A DNA stretch of 64,000 bases from Octopus vulgaris (lineage: Eukaryota), in the NCBI GenBank assembly GCA_951406725.2, contig OX597819.1, positions 67,704,001 through 67,768,000 on the forward strand. The letters run 5' to 3'. Under the pieces are notes generated by a model that was given only the letters and a program-made list of their open reading frames with translations, was not told the DNA's origin and ran no database searches. The translations under genes were made by a program, and so were the position numbers. Positions 12,248 to 27,380 of this stretch are shown in pieces (positions within the stretch are counted from its first letter, which is position 1; the number at the start of each line of letters is the position of its first letter).

Positions 12248-13422
12248 AAAAGTAAATAATATTATTTTCAAACCAGGATAATGAAACAAAAAAAAGCATG
12301 AACAGGATAAACTATCCGTATTTTGCCGAAAAATCTTTAGTTTTCGGCAGCAAGCCATGAGACTCAAACTCACATCTCTGTGATTACGCGTCAAGTGCTT
12401 TACCATTAAGCTAAACTGCCCAGCGACAAATTATTCTGCAAATTTAGTATATATCTATCTAGTTTTACAAGAGGCTATCGTGCGTTCAATTCATCTTATT
12501 GTGGAAGTTAACAAAGTTTGCTTTGTAAACGTTGAAATATGTTGAAGGATAAGGAAATAGTTCTATTCTCAAAATAAGAATTATGCTAATAATATAGCAT
12601 GAACAAGATGACTTACCTATGTCTTTCAGTTCATCTCAAGGCTTCTAAAGCAAACTTTGTTCGTTGAATTTAGCGTACGATAGCGTTTTGTAAGCCTAGA
12701 TTTATATATCCTAAAATTGCAGAAGAATTTGTCGCTAGGCGGTTTAGCTTAATGGTAAAGCCCTTGACGCGTATTCAGAGAGATGTGAGATCGAGACGGA
12801 ATCTTTTGCAAAATATGGCTAGTTTATCTTGTTCATGCAACATTAGCTTTATCCTTCGTTTTAGAATCCTTAGTTTGAGGATAAAATTATTTCCTTATGT
12901 ACATCTCAACGTATCTAAAGCAAACTTTGTTCACTTTCGTCATAAGTTGAATTTCATATTAATATATATATATATATATATGTATATGTATGTATGCATG
13001 TATGTGTGTGTGTGTAATGATAATAATTTGAGGGAATATTATTCCTAACTTACAGAGAAAAATTAAATTAAGAAATACTAAATCAAATTTCACAAACTAT
13101 AGTATATATATATATAAATTAGAAAACAAAACTACTTAATAAATATATCACCTAATTATTAAAATATATTTGTCTAACAAAATTAATTCTCAAAGTAGAT
13201 TCCTTTATAAAAATAATAATAAATTTTTCTAAATAATTTGATCGTTATTGTTATTATTATTATTATTATTATGGTTATTGACTGGATTTGTAGTGGACTG
13301 TCGGTTGAGGTGGAATGTCTTGTTGAATGTATTGTTCGTTTGTTCTAATATTTTTTGCACCTTTAATGTATGAGGCTTAAATGTTTCTTACTTTCCATTA
13401 GTAAATGATTTCGCCATTATAC

Positions 13423-13474
<52 letters not shown>

Positions 13475-13609
13475 TACGATGGGTTTCTTTAACTATTCGT
13501 CTACCACATCGGCTATAGTGGACGACACTTGTCTAAGGTGCCAAGCAGTGGGACTGAACCCGGAACCATGTGGTTCGGAAGCTAGCTTCTTCATAATAAT
13601 ATTGATTTC

Positions 13610-13800
13610 AATTTGCGATGGAAGGCCAGCGATTTTGTGGGAGGGGTATAAGTCCACAGCGTTCAACTGACACTTATTTTGTTGAACTGCAAAGGATAAA
13701 TGGCACAGTCGACCTCGGTACAATTTGAACTCGGAACATAAGGTAGAACGAAATGCCGCTAAGCATTTTACCCTGCCTGCCCAACCAGCCTGCCAGCTCA
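13610..13800 (-). mobile_element. Diverged SINE family A copy (others at about 18215-18400 -, 21885-22070 -, 43415-43503 -, 57150-57280 -, 60030-60240 +, 60940-61150 +)
   Basis: GTCGACCTCGG..ATTTGAACTC..GAAATGCCGCTAAGCATTT..GCCAGCTC similarity. Confidence 0.7.
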
Positions 13801-13918
13801 ACATTAATAATGACGAAGCTAATAACGGTGATGGTAGTATTTTTTTTATATAAAGGTGACAATGATAATGAAGAAGATCATTATTACGATGCTGCTGATA
13901 ATTATGGTGACGACGACA

Positions 13919-13949
<31 letters not shown>

Positions 13950-14133
13950 CATTGATCATGATTAATATTATCATTATGATGATATGTTAGTAAAACCGTG
14001 GTCCTATTCAATAACATAATATTCGTGTCGTATTTACATTAGCTGAAAGACTCACTATTAACCCTTTATGTATACAATTACTTTATTAAACGGAGGTCAG
14101 GTAAAACCGGATTTATGTCTCATATGCTCACAA

Positions 14134-14285
<152 letters not shown>

Positions 14286-15006
14286 CATACAAATAAATGA
14301 GAGGGACTAACAGTTTGTTTCAGATTCGCGATTGTGCGAATATAATATTGATGACTAGGATCTGACAGTAGAATACGTAATTCAGTTGCGTGGTATTCAA
14401 ATGGAATTATTTCATGTAAGGTAAGTGTATTTAAGCCCCTCATTTTCGGGTAGCATAGAACATTAGATTTTATTTTTATTAGTTTATTAGATATTTCTTG
14501 TTTTATATATTCAATATGTTAATATCATATGGAGATACATCGTCTTTTTAAAATCTCTCTTTACTTTGTTACTTGTTTGTTTCATTTCTTATAATCCTGT
14601 CTCAAATTATTTATTTCAATAGCAGTTCGCCTTAAGTAAGATACACATGAACTTTACAATTTATGTTTCGTAAACGGTCTTCTAGATTTCAAACTACAAA
14701 CCGGATTATCATCTCTATATTACTGTGAGCACAAAGTAAATGATTGCATGTAACCAAGTTGGAATAACATATTCAACATAGAAAGCATATTCAGAGTTAA
14801 TGGACAGTATAGAAATCTAAGCCATATCTAATTAATACCTGCAAAAAAAATTGTAACATAAACACGAGAACACATTCTCTTTTCGACAATTTATTTAGAT
14901 ATAAACTGGTCTGCCTTTGTAATATATATATAAAATGTGGCCTCGTGTATACCGTTGGCGATTTTTTTCCTCCGTCTTCTTTTCTTTCGATCTTTCCTTT
15001 TCGTAT

Positions 15007-15041
15007 GTTTCTGACGAAGAGCTCCGCTCGAAATGTTAAAC
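15007..15041 (+). ncRNA. Minimal type I hammerhead-like motif
   Basis: GTTT-CTGACGA-A-GAGC tcc GCTC-GAAA-TG-TT-AAAC: both core boxes intact. Confidence 0.55.
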
Positions 15042-15138
15042 CCTCCTTCTTTCCTTCTTTCCTGAGCGTCCAATAATACTATACTTGTTCCACGTCCTCG
15101 CGTTGTTGTGTTCTTTGTGTTTTCATGTTTGGATTAAC

Positions 15139-15256
<118 letters not shown>

Positions 15257-15289
15257 GATTAAGTATATTCTTTAACTTTATAGATTTCC

Positions 15290-16177
15290 TTGGACGTATG
15301 TCCAAGATCAACAATGCTAAACAGTATCGTCATACGCAGTCATATGAACGTAACTACAATTCTTGCCATACGGTATGTTTGCATAATGTTAATTATATAT
15401 GGACGTTTCTGTAATTTAACAGGGATTGTAATATTTTGCAGGAAAGTAATGCGTCAGTCTAAAATTGCTCCATACGTCATAACTTTAGTTTCTGTAGACT
15501 TGGGCATAGTATGACTTCTTTCTAATAAATACATATATTATACTTTTATTTTTCACAATGCAGACTCTGTCAAAGCGTTATTTTTTCCTCATGGTTATTT
15601 GTAGTTGTAACACTAGAGCGTTTGCTGGCAGCTTTCAAACTGCTTTCCCGGCTACATTTTTCTAATGTTTACAAACCATATAGCGTTGTGTTCGTTCTTC
15701 TTATTTCAGTTTCTATAATACATACTTTAGATACAATATTGAGAAAAACTTTCAAGCTTCAATGGAACATATCATTTGCCATTAATTCGTTTGTCCCAGC
15801 GCTGATTTTAATCACCAGTTCTGATGCATTGATCTATAGGCTAATCAAAAGACAGAACCTCGGACACCACACGCAACGCAACATCTCACAACAGCGTCGG
15901 ACCAATATTTACGTGGTAATTTCCATGAATGTTTTGTTTTTGCTAACACCATCTCTTACATAATTTTTATTTTCGTAATGACAAAGATAGAATTTAAAAT
16001 TAATTTCAAAAACTATCTTATGTTGAATACGTTGTAACTGATTAACCACTGTTTCAACTTTATCTGCTATATGATCAGAAGCAGAGCATTTCGCGCAAAT
16101 TTTAAGAAAACATGTTTTAGGAAGCCCACAACGGCAAGACAGACTGTATACACACTGAATAGAGAAGAAATAATAAA
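15290..16177 (+). pseudogene. GPCR pseudogene, copy 2 (closest to copy 1)
   Basis: ORF pieces 15290-15514 (IRY..GRFCNL..FCRKVMR..APY..VD then TGA) and 15622-15963 (after LERL; NSFVP, MNVLFLLT) align to copy 1. There is a deletion across ECL1/TM3 and further stops/frameshifts in TM6-TM7. The 3' flank is homologous to copy 1. Confidence 0.88.
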
Positions 16178-16834
16178 ATTGGTTCTTCATAATGTAATTA
16201 GATATTTGCAAAATATTTGAATTTAAATATTCGTGATTCTTTCACTTTCAATTACATTTTATTTATATGTATGTATGTGTATAAGCACATAAAATATGCC
16301 TGCATGCGTGTGACTGCTCACTTCAGGTCATATGTTATTTATCTATCTATCTATCTACCTATCTTTCCAACATTTGTATCTACCCTTTCTTGAGCCTATA
16401 CATACATACTCACACACACACACATATATATATATACATGTATATATACGTATGTGCATATATATATATGTGTGTGTGTATGTGTAAGTATGTGTGTGTG
16501 GCAAATTAAAGTGGGTCCAGGGATCTAGGGTTGCTATCTGCAGCTCCCCTACAGACACAAGTTAGTAGAATGCAATTGTACAGGAAAATGCAACTGCTTA
16601 CAATAGGCATTTATTTTATACAAACTAAAACAGAGATTTGCTTAACATAGCATAAGAATCGAGATGTGGACTGTACTATTCTATAGTTGAGAAATGTGGA
16701 AATATGTATATTACATTATTTACATTTCACGGATATTTCTCTTGTTTGTTGTTAACAAAACGTTTCAGCCAGCCTTCATCAAGTGTCTTGGAGGAATTTC
16801 GAACCTGAAATCTCATTCCTGGTATATTTTTCGA

Positions 16835-16938
<104 letters not shown>

Positions 16939-19900
16939 TTCAGGTCACTGCCTGGAGAAGAACTCAGAATGTTGGGATTAGTAGACCGTGCTCTTAACCA
17001 CTACTCGATATGCACGTGGCGTACGGCTACTAAACCAAAGATTCCGAGTTATATTCCATGCAGTGACCTGAATATTATTATTATTGCTGTTGTTGTTGTT
17101 GTTAATCAGTTCGGGTAGAGCATCATAGAAAAGGAATAAAAACAGCCTAATCACTAAAACCCCAATAAAATATCCATACCTTATTAACCTCAGTAGCAAG
17201 TATTTATAGAAAACGTATAATATTCAAGTATTATGAACTAAAAATTGTTAATTAACTTATTTATCTTAATTATAATCAGGACAAAAACCCGGTATTGGTT
17301 AAAAGAATAATTGTAGTTAAAAAGACATGCTAATTACATACTATTATTAAATTAAGAGGTATAATATAGATTTTAAAAGCTATTTGTGTTAATCCATACA
17401 TGATATTACAGCTTATTAGGGGTACATAATTAGAAGGGATTTTTGTATATAGCCGATATAAATACCAAAATTAAGAGGACAGAACACTTTAAGAACACTT
17501 AAAAAAACTATTTTAAAACTATTTTAAACAATATGTCATTATAGTATAAAGTTTAAAATTAGGGTTATCAGGAAGATTTAGCATTGAAGTGAAAGATCAA
17601 ATTTACTCTAAATTAATTAAATTATAATTTAGGCAGTTTAATTTTAAGTTGTGAAGATACCCATATTGTTTTTAGAAGCTAAATATGGATTTATAGGGGT
17701 ACAACAATTTAGATTTGTCTAAAGGTAATCTCATCCGACAGTTGCAACATAACATGTTGGATTCCCACACTCTGTTCTTACTCACATATCTTTTATTTCG
17801 GTTTCTTCCACTAACACTGCTTTATTATTGCTGTATTATGGCTCACCAGGCTTTGGTGGTCATTTCGTATTAAAAGTTTCATATCTAAATACATTTTTGT
17901 AAGTTTGTAAAACAACCATTTGTGATTTTGAGTCTTTGTTTTGTTTTGTAGTGTATTGTTTTTGCCGTTGTCTAATCCCGAATATCGAAAGCACCTGATC
18001 CTTAGGCAATGTTTTTGCAAGCTAGCCAAAAAGCCTCACTTGGTAGTGCTTGAATAAAAGATTTTTCCCATTATATATGGTTATATGTAAGTGTTTATGT
18101 TTGTGTGCGTATTTGTAATGATACGGTTTGTCTCAGACACGATATTTGCTAGTAAATTTAAATTATCATCAGTGTAGCGTAAATATTATAATGCATTTTG
18201 TAATACTAGGCTCAAACTTTGGCAAAAGGCCCGCCAGTTCAGGCGAAGTAGAAGGTAAATAACATCGACCCCGGTGCAAATCTGATACTTATTTTATCGA
18301 CAACGACAGGTAAAGTCAACCTTCGAACTCTGAAGATAACGATGTACAAAATGCCGCCAGTTTACCTGACATTCTAACGAATTTGCAAGCTCGCCTCCTT
18401 GATGCATTTTGTAATATTAAACAGTAATTAACCCTTAAATTGTATATGGGGCTTTAGTGATAAGACGTTAAGCTTGTCCCTCTATTCACTTTTATTTCAA
18501 TAGCATAAAACCATTCATGCTATATTTGATATTTTAAATATCTAAATATGTTATTTATTTGAAATAGCGTTATACAGGAATACTTATGACTAGAAAATTT
18601 AAGATCTTTCTAATACGAAAGAGAAAAACATATTTAAGTGTATTCTAGGAATTGATTTTGTTGCTTTTTGATTTGAAATTCATACTTCTAATTTGATCTA
18701 GAAGTGATTATCTGCTTTACAATAAGTAGCCACCAGGGCAAACTAACTGTTAGAAATATAAGTAGATTCGTGTTAAGAACACGCTGACTATTTTCCCGTA
18801 TTTTTCGTTAATTTTTGTTCATGAAATTACACAACTCAGTGAGTCTGACATATTCCTGTAACATCCTGGTTGCTTTTGTAATGTTTCCAGTTCTGTTGAA
18901 TTTTCAAATATAATCGCCAATGAACATTGTTAAAATTAACTACATTTGATAGCTTGTTTCATTATAATTCCATTCTAAATCAGAGAAATATAACATTCAT
19001 TTGCAATGGAAGCTACAATAATGTTTAATGAGGAATATTTATTGTTTAATTCAATGGAAGCTGTTTAACTTATAATATCATATTGAATTTAAATATCAAA
19101 TTAAGAATATTGATTTGTAACTTATAGAAAGCTCGAAAATGTTTAGGGCAGGGGTTTCTAAATTATTGGAGTAGCATTTATAACAATGCAAATTAATTGC
19201 AATTTGGATTCATTTTGTCCAAAATACTACGGAATTCAATTGATAAGCGATAACAGAAAATCTCAATTGATATATTACATTTACTTACAAAATATACGCT
19301 GAAAACACACAGGTATATAGACATTTTCTTACATTCACATAATTTGGAATATGTATTAATAGAAATATCTTGTTCATACTTTCAATTAATTTGCACAGTT
19401 TTACAAGACCTTTTCTCGTTCACGTGTCTTCCCATACATTATCACTGCTACATCTGTGGATTCTGAAACCATGAAGTTACGGCATCCAGTAGGTAGACAA
19501 AGCTATCATGAGATCCCATTTCAGCGGGAAGACACTGAATGAGTATGCCGTCTACAACACAGGTTTTAATGCTGAAATAGAGAGTAGAGTGGAAAGACAA
19601 CATCCCTTATTGACCGAGCTCTCGATTTTAAACAGTTTCTTTAGGTGAAAATTTAATTGGAACACTATGCAAATACGGTTGCACTTTGAACCGAGCCTGC
19701 TTTCAAGACGAAACGCCCATCTTCTTGTTTTAGAACAGCTGTGAGTTATTGGTTGCTACCAGGCCGAATACATGTTTTTTTTTTTAAATCTATATCGAGC
19801 AACGCTTCGCCAAAATATAAAGTATTCCAGACACGTTCTTCGTTGTGTCGCACGAAGAAGAGTCCGTTGTGGATAAATTTACTAAAGTTTCGACAGATTT

Positions 19901-21430
19901 GTGTGTGTTACAACAATAACGGTAAAAAGAGTCAGTGTCTTGCCAACTGAGCGGAGTTAATAGCGTGAAATATTTTACATTGTTCCGCTTTGGCAGATAT
20001 TTCCACCGCAGTTTCGCAGTTGAATGGAAATGCTTTCAATTGGTTGTTATCTTCAGTAGAGGTGTACTAAGATAAGAATGAACAAGTCTGACATACAGAA
20101 ATAGAGAAGGGTTGGTAAGGAGGAAGAACTAATCCCGGTAGGACATGCCTCGCACAGCGGCTCATCACATCAGTCATTTCATCAGATAAAATCGGTTTTT
20201 CGTAGCATTTCACTTTCGTGCTTGTCAGTCGAGGTAAACCGCACTATTCTAATTGGAATTGGAGAGTAACTACCTATCACTACTCAACATAATTGGAATT
20301 CTGGCGTTTCCTTGCCTCACTGCATCTCCAACATATGCTGAAATCAGATGAGCATTGTTAACGGGGAATTGTAATGGTGGCAACATTACGGCAAGTCATA
20401 CTTACAGTTAGCGAGTCATTTCCGATGCTATTTGTGCCTGTCTCTTTATGTAACGAAACATGGACAATTTTGTTTACTTCTAATCATTACTACCATAGGC
20501 ACAATGATTCGATGCAGCTATAAAGTTATAGACGAACATTCATCTAAGAAGAAATTGCAACTTATGGCAGAAACACTACTAAACAAAAGGTCTCCATGAC
20601 GTATTCTCTAATACATTGTAATTTTGATCTCTTATTATTGCGCTTTGTTCGACAGACAATATGTTCGGGGCCATATGTGAATTGAAAACTAACACCAAAT
20701 TATTTGTATCAGTATGGCTCAACGAAGTAATTAATAATAATAATAATAATAATAATAATCATAATAATAATAATAATGATGATGATGATGATGATGATAA
20801 TAATTAGAAGAAGGAGAAGAAGAAGAAGAAGAAGAAGAAGAAGAAGAAGAAGAAGAAGAAGAAGAAGAAGAAGCAGAAGAAGAATATACATACATATATA
20901 TACATGTGTTAGATATATATCTATATATATATATATATCACACTTGACCAACGGTTATCTACCATCCTTTCTTCCATTCCTTCCTAAAGACAATACGTGC
21001 TTTTGCCTGCTTCTTCTCAAAGCCCGTTTTCCCAGCGTTCACCTCTTCACATTGTCTTGGTTTAACAGCCCGCTCAGTTTGCTTTTACTGTTTTGTACTT
21101 ACTATCCTGTTTTTGTTACCACTTTATTTAATTTGATTTGCGGGAAGGACTGTTTTAACGAAGTCCCGTCTTGCCCCTACCTTCGAAACGTGGAGTAGAT
21201 AAAACAGGAGACAAGTGACGAAGGAAATGCTCTTTACTTCGCCTGTCTCGTTTCACTATTTGTTTCTTTCGTTGTTCGAAAAAAAGTTAGTTTTCTATGT
21301 TTTTTTATGTTCTCGTTTCCTATTTTGTTGACGTTTTTTCATGCCCTGTACACATATATGCATGTATATATACTAATGTATGTATGCACATATATGCAAG
21401 TATATATGCATGTATTTATATATCATTTAT

Positions 21431-21511
<81 letters not shown>

Positions 21512-22722
21512 ATGTGTGTGTATGTATGTCTGTATGTATGTACGTTTGTATGTATGTTTGTATGTATGCATGTATGTATTTATGTATGTATGTATATTCG
21601 CTATGATTCATCGCGGAATACTACAATATTTTTTTCATTGTTTCTTTGTTTTCTCTTATTTGTTTCCGTTGAAAAACGTAGGTCGAAACATGCCCGAATC
21701 TATGAAAACGTTCTATCTCGTATTCATGTAAATGATTCATATTCCGATGATCCACATGGATGTGCAAACATTGTTGACAAGAAGCATAGTTCTGCTGTCA
21801 TTTTATCAAAAGCCAAATTGTCTTCTATATTTAAATACTTTAGCTGATACTCAAATGTTATGGGGGTTTTTTTTATTGAATATCGGTTCTAAATTTTGGC
21901 AAGGCTAATCGATTATATCGACCCCTGTTTTCCACGGGTACGTATTTTAGCAACCCCGAAAGGATGAAAGGCAAAATCGACCCCACCTGTATTTGAACTC
22001 AGAAGTAAAGACCAACAAAATGCCGATATGCATTCTGCCCGATACAGTGAGGAATAGGTCTGTTCGCCACGATTTTTTGTTTGTTTTATTGAATATTAAT
22101 TTGAAAAACCTAATAAATCGTAGTTCAGTACAGCTTTATCTCTACTCCATAGTGATGTAGATACACTTGGGTTATATTCTACTAAATCAATCTGGATTAA
22201 TATAATTTCAAAAGTTTGTAGGCGGTTTATTTTTTACGACATTTACACAGGGGAGGAACAATAGTAAATATCTAGATGTACACAAAATCAGTTATATTCA
22301 CATTTCATTTATTTCTTGACGTATAAATATATCCTACGCACTCTTGTGACATGTCCGGTCACATAATTCCTTTGCAACTGTTTGAAACTTAGCTTCACAC
22401 AATATTTAATAGGCCTCGGGGATTTGCTCTACATTTTTTTTTTTGCTGCTGTTGAAACTTACTACATATTGGACTGCTTTGTATTTGGAGTTTGATTTCT
22501 TTAATTCGGCCGCGCTAAGACAGTTGAACAGTTGATACTGTATCGCTATTTTACATTGTATTATTATTGCCATTCAGAATCATTTCCTCTTCTTTCTACC
22601 TTTCCCTCTGGTGAAACTGTGAAGTATACGTATATCGAATCACAGACGCAGGTAGACATACATACATACATACATACATACGTACATACATACATACATA
22701 CAGAGAGACATACATACAGAGA

Positions 22723-22766
<44 letters not shown>

Positions 22767-23053
22767 CGTGACTGACCAGGCTATCGGATGTTGCTACACA
22801 TCGCTGGTCACAATGCGCTTCACATTGTTTTAACCTTCAAATGACGCCACCCCACTGGCTAAGCGAGCAGGCCAATATATATATAGATAGATAGATATAG
22901 ATATAGATATATATTTAAAATGAGGGTGAGAAATTAGATATTAATTTAATTAACATCGATTTCATACCAGTGGTCTGATGGTTCAATAAAATTGTATTAT
23001 ATACATATTAGAGGGAAACCATAAGTGTGTCCACATGGTGGTTTTCCTCTAAC

Positions 23054-23112
<59 letters not shown>

Positions 23113-26100
23113 TCTTTCCGTGACGGAGGAGAAAACAGGCGGACAGCAAACGGTCGTTGACCGGATTCTAGACGATGAACGAATTGCGGTTGTACTTAGG
23201 AATGTCTAATGCAATGCTGTAGAGGCCCTTCCCGTCCTACCTCCAGATGAGGTAATGGTCTCCTGCGACGAATTTGCCATTGCCAAGCCAACGATGTCTC
23301 TCAGAATACCTCCAGGTTGATGTTGTAGAGAGATAGCTCTCGAGACAGCGGACTGGCTGCTTCGGGCTGAAAGAGCAACATAACATTCCATGTGGCAACA
23401 CACGAATTTTGTAGCGTAAGTTGGTTTCTCGATGGTCGGGGTTACGTAAGTGTCCATTCCAATGTTAATCAGTCCATGTTTTTATGGTCTGTGCCGTAAC
23501 ACCTTGAGAGTTCTTCTGAGTGGGATATTGGTCCACCGCAGAATGGTCAGTTGATGGGGCTACCATCTTCGTGACGACCCAACGCACCGCGTTTCACTGT
23601 TAATTTGGAATATCTCCTGAAAATCGGCGCAACCAGGGTGGCCCTACAAGGAGCAAAGCCCCAGGCAATAACACTCAGATCTACGGAATATGCAAGTCTC
23701 AGTAAGGCAAGTGTCAAGACAATTATTGTTACCTAAGTCCCTCCGACATTACAGTTATCCTATAGTATGCCAAAGCTACCATCACCTCTTCCTGTTGTTC
23801 CTATGTCGTTGCAGAAATATCTCTATCACCAACACAATCTCATCCATCCTCTGCAAACTTATCCATCACTGGACTTGGTAGAGTCAGGATGGCTACACTC
23901 GAAAGGCGATCGACCACACCCACATCTCCTGCAACTGGAGATCATTTGTCACTAACTGTCGGGTCTATAGAAAGGCTTCACTCGGCAATACCGTTCATCG
24001 ATTGCTGGTTGCGACACGCAAGTTGAAGTTGGAAGCGAATCCCACCACCAAGTATCAGCTCTGCCCCGACTCATCGGCTCCATATTCCTAACATCACTTC
24101 GTGATATATCTAAGAGTTATTCAAATTCAGCATATTGACTGAAAAAGTCTTACGATTTGTTGCACATTCATACAAGGTATGTCTGGTTTCTTTGTTGATG
24201 TTGTTTTTTCCTGATTTCAGTATCCAGTCCTCGCACAATCATTCGTAGCTTGAGCTGCCAAGGCGTGTAGTATAAAGTGGACTTTTTAAATCACCTCCCT
24301 TGCCACCTAATAATTTATGCACGCATTCTTAATTGTGTGTATATAAGTAAGCAGTGAGTGTTTTGTTTTTGTGTTTATCAGTGACTTAGTTACGTAAAAA
24401 ATATGCAAAATGGCGAGATTGCAGACTCGTTAGGCCATCGGACAAATTGCTTAGTGTCATTTTTTCCGGCTGTTTACATTCTTAATCACTAAGGTTAATT
24501 TTGATCGTTATCCCTAGCAAGTAAATAAGATATGATAGCAATCATTTACTGAGACCGTAACTAACGACTTGCCCCACCCCCATCCGAATCCGTCCTGGGA
24601 ACTTTATAGATCCTTGGACAAGTGAAAGCACTGGGCCCTGTACATTTTAATGATAGCTGATCATAGCATATATGGATTAAAACAGGACTTCTAGACGCAT
24701 GAGGACCTTGCGCAAGTGTTCACTGAGCCCATAAACTCAAACGGCACTATTCTCAGCTTAAAATTGCTGGATTTCAAACTTGCAATTAACCGGAATCATG
24801 TTCAATGGTCCTGTTGTGGTCTTGATCACTTACATGCGTATTCCGTATTTGAACTCCGTAAAATCTGAAACTACATAATATAAAAAATACAATAAAAATA
24901 CAAGTATACAAAAAATGCATAGTCTTCATGTGAGACATTTAACATCGAGCTACGACGGACTGCTGACAATGGTGTATATAAAGAGAGAGATAAGTTACGT
25001 TAAATCTCTGAGCGAGAGATAAACAGTAACAGTACGGAATCGTAAAAATATATTTTCTAACTAAATGTGGCGGCCCTACACAGGACGGTGTTACTGTTGT
25101 TTTTAGCCCTAAGAATTAGTCTTCTCCAACTGGCCAGCGACAACGAGTCTGTGTCCGATTAGTATGACTTCCCTCACAAATACTAATCGGACACAAAATG
25201 TGTGTCGTTGGCCAGCTGAAGGCGATGTCTTCCTGGAGCTAAAAACAACATTACCACCGTCTTCTAGAGGACCACCACATTTAGATGGCAAATATATATT
25301 AATATATATACATATCTCCCCCAGAACTACGTTAAGGGTACATGTGTCTGTGGAGTGCTCAGCCACTTGCACGTTAATTTCGGATCAACTGGATCCCTCG
25401 TCGTTGTAATAGACAGAGTGCCACTGAGATATATATGTCTCTGTTCAGTTTTGACTGTGGGGAAAAAAGTACTCGACACCCTCGTTGAGCTTTGTATATT
25501 GTATTTGCGTTGAGTCGTTCTCTCGCTACATGGAGCTACTCAGGATCTACATGACGTTGTGAGTGGAATATTGATGGATTTTGAGGTATTTATACCCAGT
25601 TTTTTTCATAGGATATGAGGATGGGGAGAAAGTTTGATAAGGGCCAAAGGGGGAATGAATTTAGGAAGAAAGAAGGGAAAAAAAGAAAAAAGAGTATTAG
25701 AAAGATAATGATTAGACAAATAAAGGAGAGTAATGAGAAGAACAGGAGGAAAATGTAGAGGGAGAAAACTGAACGAATAAAAAGATAAAGGAAAAGGAAT
25801 ATTAGAAAAGAAAACAAAAGAGGAAGTAAAGAATGAAAAGAAAAGAGAGAGATACAGCAAAACAAAAAATAAGAAAAAAATATTTGAAGAATAGAAGATA
25901 AAGTAGCAGGTGAGGCACTATTGTAATGATCGAAAACTAAAAATAACGAGATTTTAAAAAGGCAGGTATGCTGGGAAATTTTGCAAAGTCATAAACAAAA
26001 TAGGGAATAATACAAATGATTTTTGGGATGGACAAATATGGAGAAGGGTATGTATAAACTATAGAAAATTAATCAAAATCGAAATCATAAATACTGGTGT

Positions 26101-26760
26101 ACAGTTTTGGAGGAAGGGTCAGTAGTTCAACTGGAATGAAGTTAGATAAAATTAAATAAACCAAAACAAGGTAACAGTAGAGAGAAAAGGGAAGAATTGA
26201 AGAGACATTAAGAATATCGGTGGCTATAAAAATATAATTATGAGGAATTAATTATTAACGGAGTAATATTGGTGGAAATGTTGAAAAAATTATTCGGGAG
26301 AAATACGTAGAAAAATAGAGATGTGAAAAGGTCCATAACGATCATAACAAACAAGGAAAACAGAAAGAAAACGGAACAAAACAAAAAGACGGAGGAGCGT
26401 TAAAAACTAAAAATATCAATATTTTGTGTATGAAAGAAAATAGGATTAAATATAAGTCAAGCAAGTAAATTAAGATAGGAACAAAGAAAGTAAGGGAGAT
26501 GTGTGTAGCAATGGAATTGAATTTAAATAAGGTAGCAATACGAGCTGATAGAAATTCTAATAGATAGGCGTGGATGCGCAGTAAGAAACTCGCTTCTCAA
26601 GAACGTTTCTGCATTCAGTCCAGTTGTGTGGCACCTTGGACAAAAGTCTTCTACGGAAGACTTGGATCAACCAAAGCCTTATGGATGAATATGGTAGACG
26701 GAAATTGCAAGAGGGCCATCGTGCATATGTATACACACGCACGCACACATACACACACAC

Positions 26761-26793
<33 letters not shown>

Positions 26794-27040
26794 AATGTGT
26801 GTGAGCGTTTGTGTGTGTGTGTATGTGAACAATTGAAAATGGTGACAAACGCTCAAGATGTTATTAAATCATTTATATCTTCACATCATTAATATATATT
26901 TCGATAGGGGCATTCAAAATAAATCTGATAGGATGAGCAATGAGGAGCTGTGCATCAATCTCATCAACGAGGATTTAAACAACAATGCTCAACAATTAGA
27001 CATTTTAATAAATGTAAGAAACTACGATATATATAAATAT

Positions 27041-27101
<61 letters not shown>

Positions 27102-27290
27102 TACATATACATATATATACATATACATATATGCATATATATATATATCCTTATACGTGTACACGCACACTTACACATATACACACTCATATACATACAC
27201 TTACACACGCATACGTATATAGATATAGGCACAAACATATGTACACATATACATACATATATACATATATATATATATACACATATATAC

Positions 27291-27380
<90 letters not shown>

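Noticed and set aside
25590-25865. Hydrophobic ORFs that look like membrane proteins (also 992-1393)
   Set aside because: Antisense of purine-rich low-complexity DNA, with none of the family motifs.
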